A DNA stretch of 64,000 bases from Octopus sinensis (Eukaryota), in NCBI RefSeq assembly GCF_006345805.1, contig NC_042997.1, positions 59,582,001 to 59,646,000 on the forward strand, read 5' to 3'. This document shows positions 38,171 to 51,042 of this stretch, in pieces. The notes beneath the pieces are model-generated. The model was given only the letters and a program-made list of their open reading frames with translations. It searched no databases and was not told the origin of the DNA. The position numbers were made by a program, and so were the translations under genes. The stretch's first letter is position 1, and each line of letters begins with the position of its first letter.

Positions 38171-38869
38171 GTGTGAAAGAAATGGAAGTGAAAGGAAGTA
38201 GCAAGCCTGCATTAAAGAAATTATATGGAAAGGGATCTAGTTTGATGAGCCAGGAGTAAAATTGGATGTTGTTTTCTCGGGTGCAATAAACACAAAACAA
38301 AACATGTAAAACATGTAAAGGTGCAAGGAAATTATGAATCTAAACAATTCAAGTTTTGAAACATTTTCCTCAAAACACTGTTTAACAAAATTTTAATTTT
38401 CTATTTTATTTCTTTTTTTTTGTCTTTGGTCTGCAGGTGTTATTTCTTATTTGCTTCTATCTAGAAATAAAAGGAAATGACAACTGTTCCTTTCAATCTT
38501 TGCTTTTGTGAGCTGGACATTAATGTTTTGAAACTGACTTATTTTCTATTACATTTCAGACAGATTCAGTGCTAAGTTGCTGAAGCAGAAATAACAAATA
38601 CCTGCTCAATACCACAGATTTGCTTGTCTGTTGCTTGACCTTAACCACTTTAGAATGTCCCTTAGTGGTTGACAATATGTGCATCTCTGATCATGAGCAG
38701 GAGTAGCAGGGGAGCATCATAGTCATGTGTTGCAAAGGGTTCTTTAGGGTTTCAATAAATGTAACAAAAGCAAAGTTTGAAGGAATAACAGTTGCTACCC
38801 AAGGACAAAAACTCTGTTATACAGTAAAATGGATGACATAAATAGCAGTTTCTGACTAATACCAAATGT

Positions 38870-39070
38870 TAAGGTGGCTAGTTGACAGAATTGTTAGCAT
38901 GTTGGACAAAATGCTTCGTGGCATTTCTTCTGACCTTGCATTCTGCAGATCAGATTCTGCCGAGGTCAACTTTACTTTCAGGTTTGATAAATTAAGTACC
39001 AGTCAAACCATATAATTGACTTAGCACTTCCCCTAAACTTCCTAGTTTTGTGCCAACATTTGAAATCATT
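38870..39070 (+). mobile_element. SINE family A, CpG-decayed
   Basis: ggtggctagttgacagaattgttagcatg..gccgaggtcaactttac. Confidence 0.75.
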
Positions 39071-39397
39071 ATTAATTTTTAGAATATATTAGATGGCTTT
39101 TTGTACTCCGTTCAATGCCTGGATTCTTTCCAGCTGTCACATTTGATCCTTATACAATTTTACATAACTTTTACATCAATCTTGATATAAGTTGTGTATA
39201 TGACTTTTACTTATGAGTCTTTGAATTGATTAACTTCTTCATTTCCAAACACTTTTATGTACGTTTTGTCATATTTTTCTCAAACTTTTAAAACTGTACT
39301 TCATGTGTTAGTTTTCACCTGTCTTTTGCATGCTTGTGTGTTGATTTTGTTATTACACAGGGCAAAATAATATACTACTCACTCAAAATGTAAACAT

Positions 39398-39447
<50 letters not shown>

Positions 39448-39479
39448 ACACGCACACCCATATAAATACATATACATTT

Positions 39480-39985
39480 GTGCCAGCGACATGTAAAAGG
39501 CGCCCGTGCTGGTGACATATAAATGGCACCCTTGCTGGTGACATGTAAAAGACATACATCCCAGTGACACATTAAAGGCACCTATGCTGGTGACACATAA
39601 GGGACACCAAGTACACTCTATAAAATGATTGTTATTAGGAAGGGCACATACAAAGCATGTAAAAAGCACCATCTGAATGTAGTTGATGCCAGCCCCCACC
39701 ACCCCGACTGGCTCCTGTGCCGGTAGTATGCAAAAAGCACCATCTGATCATGGCCACTGCCAGAGCTACCTGACTGGCTCCCATGCCGGTGGAATTAAAA
39801 AGCACCCACTACACTCTCAGAGTGGTTGGCATTAGGAAGGGCATCCAGCTGTAGAAACATTGCTAGATCAGATTGGAGCCTGATGCGGCCTCCTGGCTTG
39901 CCAGTCTCCAGTCAAACCGTCCAACCCATGCCAGTGTGGAAAACGAGCGTTAAACGATGATGATGATGATGATGATGATGATGAA
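39480..39985 (+). mobile_element. RTE LINE 3' end with (GAT)n tail
   Basis: aggaagggcatccagctgtagaaac..gtccaacccatgccagtgtggaaaacgagcgttaaacgatgatgat. Other tail-only copies at ~40810-40990(+), 46240-46390(-), 47280-47470(-), 49655-49760(+), 52450-52690(+) and 60250-60415(-). Confidence 0.85.
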
Positions 39986-40039
39986 ATATACAAATATACA
40001 ATATATACAAATATAGGCACAAATATACAAATACAGGTG

Positions 40040-40159
40040 CAGGAGTGGCTGTGTGGTAAGAAGCTCGCCTCCCAACCACATGGTTCCGAGTGCAGTCCCA
40101 CAGAGTGACACCTTGGACAAGTGTCTTTTACCATAGCCTCAAGCTGACCAAAGCCTGTC

Positions 40160-40248
<89 letters not shown>

Positions 40249-40480
40249 GTATATATATATGTATATATATGTATTTATGTATGTATGTATGTATTTATGT
40301 GTCTGTGTTTGTCCCTCCCCCACCAGCGCTTGACAACCGATGTTGATGTGTTTACGTCCCCAAAACTTATCAGTTCAGCAAAAGAAACCAATAGAATGAG
40401 TACTAGGCTTACAAAGAATAAGTCCTAGTGTTGATTTGTTTGACTAAAGGTTGTGCTCCACCATGACTGAAACAAATGAA
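40040..40480 (+). mobile_element. SINE family B with internal (TA)n expansion
   Basis: ggagtggctgtgtggtaagaagc head; tail ccatgactgaaacaa. Confidence 0.85.
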
Positions 40481-41176
40481 AAAAATTTTTTTTAATACAT
40501 TTATTCCCATATATGTGGGGGGAGGGGTATGAACATGGCTGTGTGGTTAAGCAGTTCGCTTTTATGCTTTGTGTTTCTGGGTTCATTCTCACTGTGTGGA
40601 AGAAAGATGTCCAGGTCATTCATTGTTCAATACACTAGGGAAAATATTACCTTGCTTGGAAACAGATGAAGGTTGGTTTATAGAAAGAACATCTGGATGC
40701 TGAAAAATCTATCTCTACATAAATTCATCTTACCCATTGAAAGGTCTTGTCTTGTAAGTTATTTGGAATCCTCACTGTTGCTGGTGCTACAGAAAAAAGA
40801 AACAACCAGTACATTCTGTAAAGTGGTTGGCGTTAGGAAGGGCACCCAATCGTAAGAAACCTTGCCAAAACAGACATTAGAGCTCCTGTCAAACTGTCCA
40901 AACCATGCCAGCATGAAAAACAGACATTAAATGAAGACGATGACGATGGTGAGGATGATGATGATGATGATGATGACGATGATGATGATGATATAAATAC
41001 ATACACATAACACACACGCACACAAAAGAAATCATGCATGCATACATATATTAACACAGGTGTGTGTGTATGTTTCTGTGCGTGTGTGTGTTTGTGTTTG
41101 TGCGTATGTGTGTGTGTGTGTGTTTCTCTGTGTGTGTGTTTCTGTGTGTGTGTTTCTGTGTGTGTGTGTATGTTTC

Positions 41177-41217
<41 letters not shown>

Positions 41218-41804
41218 GTCTGTATGTGTGTGTGTATGTGTGTGCGTGTGTGTACTCTAACATAAAGTATACAGTAACACAAAGAATGAGCAATAGGAAA
41301 TGAGTTTATAGGTATGAATTTGATTGTATGTCTGAACCTATAAATATGTTTGTGTCTATATATGTAATATGTGTATAGTTGTATACATGTGCAAGGGTGT
41401 TTATTAGCATACTTTGAAACACCTTGTTTATAGACTTGAATGTGTGTTAATGAGAGTATACCTTTTTATATTCCTGTTTATATTCAGTAAATGTTGCGTG
41501 TGAAAGGGCACTTGTAAAGTATCCTCCTTGGTGCAATGTTAATAAAGCTGGAATAAAGTTACTTAGAATTGTCTACCTACTGACTCTATTAGCAGGTGTA
41601 TATTTATGCCACACCCAGTATATCCAAAACAGAGGTGGGAGAGGAAGAATAAGGTAACTCTTATATAATATATACATACATATTTTGATTTGATGTACTT
41701 TCCAGTTTTAAAAGTATAGACTCAGATAAACTGTTGTATGACAATATTGCATGAGTTAGCACTGGTATTTATTATATTGTATGCTTATATACCACTATCC
41801 TTTC

Positions 41805-42250
41805 TACTAAAAGCACAAGGTCTGAAATTTGGGGAAAGGGGAATAGTCAATTACATCAACCCCCAGTGTTTTACTAGTACATATTTTATCAACCTTGAAA
41901 GGATGAAAGGCTAAGTTGACGTCAGTGGAATTTGAACTCAGAACATGAAGACATGAAATATCGCTAATCATTTCACCCAGTGTGCTTACAATTCTGCCAG
42001 CTCACCACCTTACACTTATCTAACATAATAAACAGAGAGACATACAAAGACATATATTGGTTTCAAATCTTGGCACTAGGCCAGCAATTTGAAGGGAAGG
42101 GTTAAGTCAACTACATTGACCCTGGTGATCAACTGGTATTTATTTTATCAATCCCAAAAGAGTTAAAGGCAAACTCAGAACATAGACTGTCAAGATGCCA
42201 CTAAGCATTTTGCCTGGTATGTTAACAATTCTTCCAGCTTGCTGCCTTAC
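41805..42250 (-). mobile_element. Two adjacent CpG-decayed SINE A copies
   Basis: ggatgaaaggctaagttgacgtcagtggaatttgaactca; second copy 42060-42250. Confidence 0.8.
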
Positions 42251-42353
42251 AAAGATATATATTAAAATGCTCAAACTAACATAAAGACACAGAAATACCA
42301 GAAATCTAACAGCCAATGAAAATGTATGCCTTTATGGATTATAAAAGAGGAAT

Positions 42354-42384
<31 letters not shown>

Positions 42385-42896
42385 CATACATGCATGCATG
42401 CATGCATGCACACACACACACACATACACACACACACACACGCACACTGTATAAATTGTACAGGTGTGAATTTCCTAGAAGACATATGCAAACATCAACA
42501 TATACATTTGGTGTGCATGAACACACACATAAGAGTGAAGAGAAATGCATATCCACCACACAATTTATCCATGAGCACAAATATGTATATATATACTCAT
42601 CAACTGATTCAGACAACCACGATCCACTTACAACTGTCTTAATAAAAGAAAGAACCTTGCCACTTGTTCAGTAGCCAGCTTAAATTCTCCAAATAAAAAA
42701 TAAACTTAAATAAATCCAAAAGAAAACACAAGCATGCATGCATGCATCCATCCATCCATCCATCCATACATACATACATAATGTTATATATTCATGACCA
42801 TGTAGTCAGTAGACTACCACCTTAACCTGATAACCCTTGTAACTTCCGTGTCTGTCCAGAAGTACCCAAACAATGCATTGCAAGGAGTATCAGTGT

Positions 42897-42956
<60 letters not shown>

Positions 42957-43083
42957 CACACACACATATATACATATATATATTATATATATATATATAT
43001 GATATTATATATATATAACGACTTGGACTGTGGGTATGTGGCTATTAGTATGTAGATTAAAGCAGATTCACTGTTTGAGCTAC

Positions 43084-43248
43084 CTGATGTCATCCACAGT
43101 AACAATATAATTTTCACTGGATCTATGTCAGGAAATTCACAGAGTTTGTTGGGTTTATAATTGATGAAGAAAATGGAAGATGGATGTTTTAAAGATTTAC
43201 TATTTATACCCGACCTTAAATGGTTAACCCATCTTGTTTCTTTCATCA
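43084..43248 (-). CDS. Possible internal exon (phase 1-1) of the minus-strand host gene
   Basis: tataag|TG ATG AAA... MKETRWVNHLRSGINSKSLKHPSSIFFINYKPNKLCEFPDIDPVKIILLLWMTS G|gtagct. 165 nt, only one frame open, non-repetitive. The acceptor is weak (inside TA repeat). Confidence 0.35.
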
Positions 43249-43715
43249 CTTATAATATATATATATATATATGATGGTTTGGGTTTCTTTCAGTTTCTAT
43301 CTGCCAAATCTACTCAAGTCTTTGGTCAGCTCAAGGCTATAGTAGGAGATACTTGCCCCAGGTTCCATGCAACAGGACTGAGCCCAAAACCATGTGGTTA
43401 GGAAACAAACTTCTTACCATACAGCTACACCCTGCACCTAATTCAAAGTAGCTCCAAAAATTTTTAAAAACCCAACAAATTTGTTTCCCCATAAGTTTTT
43501 TTTAAAATGCTGATTTTTTAAAAACAATTTTCCAGAGGTACATTTTATATGAATGTCACTTTGGGCAAGTGTCTTATAACCTATCCCTGGGCTTTAGCCT
43601 TATTTGTGGATTTGGTAGATAGGAACTGAAAGAAGCTTGTTGTTGTTGTTGTTGCTGTTATTGTTATTGTTTCCAGAAAGATGTTAAAAAACACTGGAAG
43701 GAGGAGATATTCTTA

Positions 43716-43950
43716 TCAAACACGCACTGTTGTCCTGAAGAATTCTCCAATGTTGTTGTTCAGGAGAGCTGTACTACTTGAGTTTTGATATAGTGCTTCG
43801 ATTAATTCGATGAGGTAATTGTTGAAGTAGTAATTCTTCATCACTTGCCACAACCCATTGTGCCAAACATGGTCAAAGGCCTGATAGAAGTCAGACTGGT
43901 GTTGCAGATGTTTGTCAGTGAGCTGTTTAAAAACATTAAAATAATTATTT
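43716..43950 (-). mobile_element. RTE-clade RT fragment
   Basis: DFYQAFDHVWHNGLWQVMKNY..LIEALYQNSSSTALLNNNIGEFFRTTVRV. Confidence 0.85.
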
Positions 43951-44210
43951 AAGTGGGACAAAGGTGTTTGTGTGGATGCAAACATAGAGGCATACACACA
44001 CACACACACGCACACACACGCACACACACACACGCACACACACGCACACACACATACACACACACATATATATATCACCACCACCATCAGCAGCAGCCGC
44101 GGCATTTAATGTCCGTTTTCCATGCTGTATGTATATATACGCACACATATACATATATTATTTCATATATATATATACACACATACATACTTATAAACAT
44201 ATATACATGT

Positions 44211-44245
<35 letters not shown>

Positions 44246-44329
44246 AAATATCTACTGCAATGTTTACTGGACGCATTTTAGTTTAAGAAAAACAAAAATG
44301 GTGTGAGAAGGGAGATAACTCTCACGAAC

Positions 44330-44710
44330 CATATTTTACAGAATTTCTCATTTTTGCCAGCTAAGTGTACTGGAGCAAAGTGAAATGAAATGTTTTGCTC
44401 AAGAATACAATGCATCGCCCAGTCCAGGAATTGAAACCATAATTTTACGATCATGAGTCCAACACCCTAACCACTAAGCCACATGCCTCCACTAAAAGGT
44501 AAAGTTACCTTCTCAAGTCATGCTGACTCACAAGGGCTGGTTTCCATGATGTATAAATTCCCCGCCTGGACATGACGTCAGTCCGTCACAAGATTACTCA
44601 TTTTTGCCAGCTGAGTGGATTGGAACATCGTGAAATGAAGTGTTTTGCGGGACCAGGAATCGAAACCACAATGTTATGATAATCAGTCCAACACCCTACC
44701 CATTAAGCCA
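44330..44710 (-). mobile_element. Two SINE family C-type copies
   Basis: tttttgccagct(a/g)agtg..gtgaaatgaa..cacaat..gatcatgagtccaacaccctaaccac, repeated. Confidence 0.75.
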
Positions 44711-45479
44711 CCACTAAATTTTGGAGAAAGAGTATAGTTGATTAAATCCACCCCATTATTTAACTTGAATTCTGCTTCATCAACCAAACTCAATATCTTT
44801 CCACTTCTATCACTAGTGCTGCTTATATCAGCAAAAATAAATATGTGCAAGAATAGCTGTTTGCTTTGCAACCATATGGTTTCAGGTTCGGTCCCACCGA
44901 ATAGCATCTTGGACAAGTGTCTTCTGCTATAGCCTCAAGGTGAGCAATGCCTATTGAGGAAATTTCATAGATGGAAGCCATGTGGAAGTCTGTTACACAC
45001 ACACACACACACACATACATACACTTATACACACACACACATACATACATACATACATACATACATACTTATATTTATATGTGTGTGTGAGCATTTGTGT
45101 TTGTCTCCTCACTGTTTGACAACCAGTGTTGGTCTCTCTACATCTCTATAACTTTGCAGTTCAGCAGATAATATCAATAGAATAAGTACCGAAGTTAAAA
45201 TATGTACGTGTGGTTGGGAGAGTAATTATTTTGACTTGTCCTACAAAACAGTGCTCCAGCATGGTTGTAGTTGAATGACTGAAAGAAGCAAAATACTATA
45301 AACTATGGCAAAAAAATAAGAAATTTTGAAATTAGTTTTTAATTATTGTCAAATTTTCAAATTATTCCAATAACAAAATTAACCCCATGAATCAACAGCA
45401 GAGTTTGTGACATAAATGTTTTTAATTTCATTATAATTTTACCATTCAATTTTATTATAAACATTACATTCTCCCTAAT

Positions 45480-45660
45480 TTTGGCCCAAGGTCACTAGTT
45501 TTGAGAGGAGAGGATATGTCAATTACATTGATCCTAGTACTAGGCTGGTACTTATTTTATTAACCCTAAAAGGATGAAAGGCAAAGTTGACCTCAGCAGA
45601 ATTTGGACTATAAAGAGCTGGAAGAAATGCCAATAAGCATTTCGCCCAACTTGCCACCAT
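45480..45660 (-). mobile_element. SINE family A, CpG-decayed
   Basis: aggatgaaaggcaaagttgacctcagcagaattt (all three CpGs lost). Confidence 0.8.
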
Positions 45661-46388
45661 TCATTTTTTTTTGCCTTGTGCATACTGATTTCAAATTGGC
45701 ACAGGGCTACAAATTTTCAGCATTCCACCTCCTAGAAATAGCAGCTAAACACATTTCAAATTATATCCTACTGTATTAAAAAGATAAAGAAAAAACCAGA
45801 AAGGACACGTTAAATTTGTTTTAATCTGTAACTTAGTTGCAGGAGAGCTTCTGAACCAGAAGGCCAGGCCTGAATACTTTCAACAGAGTGGACTCCACTA
45901 AAGGTACCCAAGAACTAGGTGGGGGTACTAAACTATATGGTTAGAGCGTTGGGTTCAATCATGAAGTAGTGAGTTTGGTTCCCAGACTGGGTTGTGTGTT
46001 GTGTTCTTGAGATAAACACTTTTTACATGTTGCTCCAGTCCATTCAGCTGTAGAAATGTATTGCAACATTACTGGTGCCAGCCTTTGCATCTCCCATGGA
46101 CAGGAGAGGCTGATATGCATGGACTGCTGGTCTTCCATAAACGACCTTGCTCAGACTTGTGCCCCAGAGGGTAACTTTGTAGGTACAATCCTATGGTCAT
46201 TCATGACTGAAAGGGGTCTTTGTATATGCATACACATATATATCATCATCATCATCTTCAACATTTAACGTCCACCTTCTATGCAGGCATGGGTTGGACG
46301 GTTTGACAGGAGCTGGTCAGGTAGAAGATTACCCCAGGCTACTGTGTTTGTTTTGGCATAGTTTTTACAGCTGGATGCCCTTCCTAAC

Positions 46389-46720
46389 CCAGAGTGTTCC
46401 CCCAAAAGATATATACACTTTAACAACTGATAAATCAATTTTTATTTCTTTTTATATTTAACTGATAAGAAATAATAAAGGAAGCCAGACTAAGCTTTGA
46501 ACAAAGGAAATTTATCCTGAAGTGCTACCAGAGGTTTGAAAATGCAATTGAAGTGCGAAGACAGTTTATGTGGGAGTTCCAAACTGATCTGCTTATATGA
46601 ATTACCATCACTTGAATTAGAGTTAAGTTTGGAGCAAATAGATCTATTCAAAATGTCCACAAGAAATGTTCCAGAAGACCACAGACATTGATAAGCACCT
46701 TGGAACAAAAAAAGGGAAAA
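46389..46720 (+). mobile_element. Tc1/mariner (DUF4817-type) 5' fragment: TIR plus N-terminal HTH
   Basis: ARLSFEQRKFILKCYQRFENAIEVRRQF..EFQT..IRVKFGANRSIQNVHKKCSRRP; TIR-like cagagtgttcccccaaaagatatatacactt. Confidence 0.8.
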
Positions 46721-47283
46721 GGGAACAAGAAATGTATTGCCAGAGTTTTAAAAAATCTCTGTAGCAAGAGTCATGAGAGATCTAGGGTTTTTAGGAATGT
46801 GGAACCACCTCTTAGCAACTATTGTTCCCAGGTCTGTTCTAACTTGGAGTAGTAGTATCTGTTAGGATCCCAGCTATTGGTTAATTAGAATGTGAGCCAC
46901 TGGGAGTGAAGGACCATTAGTTCTCAATAGAACTTCCTTTCAGGAGAAGGTGAACTGTATAAAAAAAAACCTGAAGTTCAATTGGTTTCTGGTTGTCTCA
47001 ACTTCTGCTGTGCCACTGGTGTTATAGCTGATTGCACTGAAAAGTGAGTTCAGTGCTCACTAGTGTAGCTAGAGGGGTACGAGGGCACAGTCCACCCTGG
47101 GTGACACTTTTATGGGGGAGGCACCCCTTATGGGTCTGCTGTAGGTAATATGTAATTCTTGTGGGATGAGTACAGTATAGTCCAAAGTATCTGTGGGCAT
47201 CCAGTTGATCATCATAATTGATTCTTTTCGTCAGGTGATACTGCATTAGTGCATCAATCACACACACACACACAAGCACATAC

Positions 47284-47316
<33 letters not shown>

Positions 47317-47929
47317 TTAACATCCTTGCTCCATACTGGCATGAGTTGGACAGTTTGACAAGGAGCCTATGGATCCAAGAACTGCATCATGCTCTAATGT
47401 CTGCTTTGGCATGGTTTCTATGGCTGGATGTCCTTCCTAATGCTAACCACTTTATGTACAGGGTACTTTTTCGTGTCACAAGCACTACTGTGATTGCTAT
47501 GCAATTTACAAATCTACAAAACCCAAGTAATGAGAGAGAGTGTCCTTATGTTAGATGGGGAATAAGATATGATGGAAATGGTTAGGACAGGGTAGATTCA
47601 TGATGCAGAGGAACTACATGGTTGCTTGCATTTAGGAGAGGGAGTGAGAATGATTTAGAGGTATGTCCAAGGAGACAAATAGTGGTGATGAGGTGTCCAG
47701 GTGGCACCTCAAGGCATGAGGCGAGTAGTAGTGGGTAGGACCTTCAAGGGTATATGGAAGAAGAGATAGGGGAAATTGGAGAGCAAGGGTAGGCAACATT
47801 TGTAAAGCTTGGGAAGGATTGAAGGGAGAAAGTACATGAGTTGAGGAGGCTAGAGTAGTAATGATAAGGTTGGCAGAGAGGAGAGTGATGGTATGTTTGA
47901 ATAGGCTACAGGAGTAAGAGGGGGGAGAT

Positions 47930-47964
<35 letters not shown>

Positions 47965-48109
47965 GAGGAGAGAGAGGGGAGGAGGAGAGAGAGAGAGAAG
48001 TAGTGCATGAAGCACTAAGCTTCAAAAGAAAGTCCTGGAGTTGATTTGTTTGACTAAACTCTCCAAGACAGTGCCCCAGCATGGTCACAGTCAAAACAAG
48101 TTACATATA

Positions 48110-48250
48110 CAGGGTGTTCAAAAAGTCATGCTGCAGTGAATTTTTAAAGTCTTCTAAAGTCTAATATGTTCTCTTGTAGTCTTATACCATCTTATAGATA
48201 TTTATTTTGCAATAAAATACTCACTGTGGAGAGACTTTTTCAACACCCTG
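48110..48250. mobile_element. Tc1/mariner MITE (141 bp)
   Basis: cagggtgttcaaaaagtc ... gactttttcaacaccctg; TA on the left. Confidence 0.8.
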
Positions 48251-48364
48251 TGTATATATATATATATATATATATTTACACACACACACACACACACATA
48301 TGTCGTCTAACAATCAATAAGTCAGGGTAAAGATGCACTCATATATGTCAATATCCGCAATGTA

Positions 48365-48956
48365 CAGTACTATATATCTGTCACAGCTGATCTTACCAAA
48401 CAGTTTTGCACTAGGAATACAATGGAATGTTAGATAACAATCCAATTATATAACCTTACACTCATCAGAGTTAGCCTATATGAAAAGGAATATGGTTATT
48501 GCTCTCTATTGTCAGATGTAAATGGGCACATCTGGTATGTGGTTGCTGAGAAAAAAAAATGGTGAAATGAAAATGAGCAAGTGATCAGTTTAAAGCCAGT
48601 AAGAGTTATTTTGAAGTGTTTGTGGGAAATGCATGCATTATTAAGTGTGGTGCTCCTGTGGGGATGGGATATGTGATATGTGTAGTGATGCCACAGGTAT
48701 AATTTTTTCTGGGGGTGTAGGTGTATATATATATATATACATACACTCATTTTTGTTTGACCATCTTTTTCACAGCAACCACATACCAGATGTGTCCATT
48801 CACTTCTGACAATAGAGAGCAGTTGCCATATTCCTTTCCATATCAGCTAACTCTGATGAGCATAAGGTTATATAATCAGCTTGTTACCTAACATGCCGTT
48901 TTATTCCTGGTGTGAAACCAATTAATAAGATCAGCCATGATGGATATATAATACTG
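48365..48956. mobile_element. Foldback MITE with ~200-bp imperfect TIRs
   Basis: ta|cagta..tactg|ta termini. 48400-48565 is the inverse of 48760-48915. Confidence 0.8.
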
Positions 48957-49049
48957 TACAGTTCAGATTATATCCATATCTGTGCGTGTGTGTGTGTGTG
49001 TGTGTATATATACATTGTACATACACACACACATACATATATTTATATG

Positions 49050-49548
49050 CTAGAATAAGAATAGGATGGACGAAGTTCGTAGAGCTATTACCTCTGTTGG
49101 TAACAAAAACACTCTTTCTCAGAGTGAGAGGGGTAGATTGTATGATGCTTGTGTACAAACAACCAACAAGAGTCTATGGTAGTGAGACGGGTGCTCTAAA
49201 TGCAGAAGATATGCATAGACTAGGGAGGAATGAAGCTAGTACGCTCTTATGGATATGCAATATCAGTATGCATCAACAACAAAGCACAAATGTACTGAGA
49301 GAAAGTTGGGCATAAGAGGAATCAGATGCAGCATGCAAGAGAGAAGATAATGCTTGTTTAGAAAGTGATGCATATAAATGAAGACAGCTGAATAAAGAAG
49401 TGCCAGTAGCTTAAGTAGATGGCACCTGTAGAAGACAGAGACCCAAAAAGACATGGAAGGAAGTAGTGAGGACTGATCTCAAGATGTTGGGCTTCATGGA
49501 GCAGATGACAATGGACTGAGATGTTTGGCAATATGAGGTTCTTGAATA
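49050..49548 (+). mobile_element. RTE LINE 3' ORF fragment, decayed
   Basis: ARIRIGWTKFVELLPLLVTK..; GRPKKTW-like end. Confidence 0.85.
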
Positions 49549-49784
49549 AGGCAGTGAGTTGGCAGAATCGTTAGCACACCAGGTGAAATGCCTTGTGGCA
49601 TTTCATCTGCTGTTACATTCTGAGTTCAAATTACACTGAGGTTGACTTTGCCTTCAGATTGGAGCTTGGTGCAGCTTTCTGGCTTGCCAGTCTTCCGTCA
49701 AACTGTCCAACCCATGCCAGTATGGAAAGCAGACGTTAAAGTTCAATAATGGTGATGATGATATATATATATATATGTACATAT

Positions 49785-49817
<33 letters not shown>

Positions 49818-49819
49818 CA

Positions 49820-51042
49820 TAAGACTGCACCAGGCTCCAGTCTTATCTGGCAATGTTTCTACAGCTGGATGCCCTTCCTAACACCAACCACTCCGTGAGT
49901 GTAGTGGGTTCTTTTTACGTGCCACCCGCACAGGTGCCAGGCGAGGCTGGCAACGGCCACGGTTGGATTAGTGCTTTTTACGTGCCACCGGCACGGAAGC
50001 CAGTCGAGGCAGTGCTGGCATCGGCCACGATTCGGATAGTGCTTTTTACGTACCACCAGTCCAGGGGTCCTGGCATCTGCCGGGTGCCAGTCATAGGATT
50101 GGTTCAATTTCGATTCCGATTTCGATTTCACTTGCCCCAACAGGTCTTCGCAAGCAAAGGGGGTTGGCATGGGTGCCTGTCGTTGGATGAGGTTCGATAT
50201 CGACTTCGCTTGCCTCAACAGGTCTTTGTGTGTCCAAGGGACAAAAGGCATGCATAAGTGGGTTGGGCTCACTTGTCCTGCCTGGTCTTCTCACGTACAG
50301 CATATTTCCAAAGGTCTTGGTCGCTGGTCATTTCCTCAGTGAGGCCTAAAGTTCGAAGGTTGTGCTTCACCACCTCGTCCCAGGTTTTCCTGGGTCTACC
50401 TCTTCCACGGGTTCCCTCAACTGCTAGGGATTGGCACTTTTTCACACACCTATCTTCATCCATTCTCGCCACATGACCATACCAGCGCAATCATCTTTCT
50501 TGCACACCACAACTGATGCTTCTTAGGTACAACATTTCTCTCAAGGTACTAACGCTCTGTCGAGTATGTACACTGACATTACACATCCATCAAAGCATAC
50601 TGGCTTCATTCCTCGCGAGCTTACGCATGTCCTCAGCAGTCACGGCCCATGTTTCACTGCCATGTAGCATGGCAGTTCGTACACATGCATCATACATTCT
50701 GCCTTTTACTCTGAGCGAGAGGCCTTTAGTCACCAGCAGAGGTAAGAGCTCTCTAAACTTTGCCCAGGCTATTCTTATTCTAGCACCCACCCTCACTACT
50801 GACTTGGTCACCTAGATAACGGAAGCTATCAACTACTTCTAGTTTTACCCCCTGGAAAGTGACGGAAGTTGTTTTCTGCAGATTTTCAGAGGTTAATGCT
50901 CCCGAGCATCTGCCACATACATTCCCAGTTAGCCTTCCTTTGACATTGCTGCACCTCTTATGTGTCCATAGCTTACACTGGGTACATCTTATAGAGTTTC
51001 TACCTACACCTTTTCTACAGATCGAGCAGGGCCATCTTCCTG
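49820..51042 (-). mobile_element. Young 5'-truncated RTE LINE with PHD-like finger upstream of YLG
   Basis: WPCSICRKGVGRNSIRCTQCKLWTHKRC..VCGRC..LEVVDSFRYLGD; ARIRIAWAKFRELLP..LHGSETW; RWYGHVARM..GRGRPRKTW; followed by 3' UTR. Confidence 0.95.

Noticed and set aside
41577-41657. Candidate small minus-strand exon (TLFFLSHLCFGYTGCGINIHLLIES)
   Set aside because: Weak acceptor, and neither possible donor gives the phase 2 needed to join the terminal exon; insufficient support.
44715-44830. Exon-like frame ISSTSDRSGKILSLVDEAEFKLNNGVDLINY
   Set aside because: The plus strand (aaattttggagaaagagtatagttgattaaatccacccc) is a decayed reverse SINE A and abuts another SINE head.
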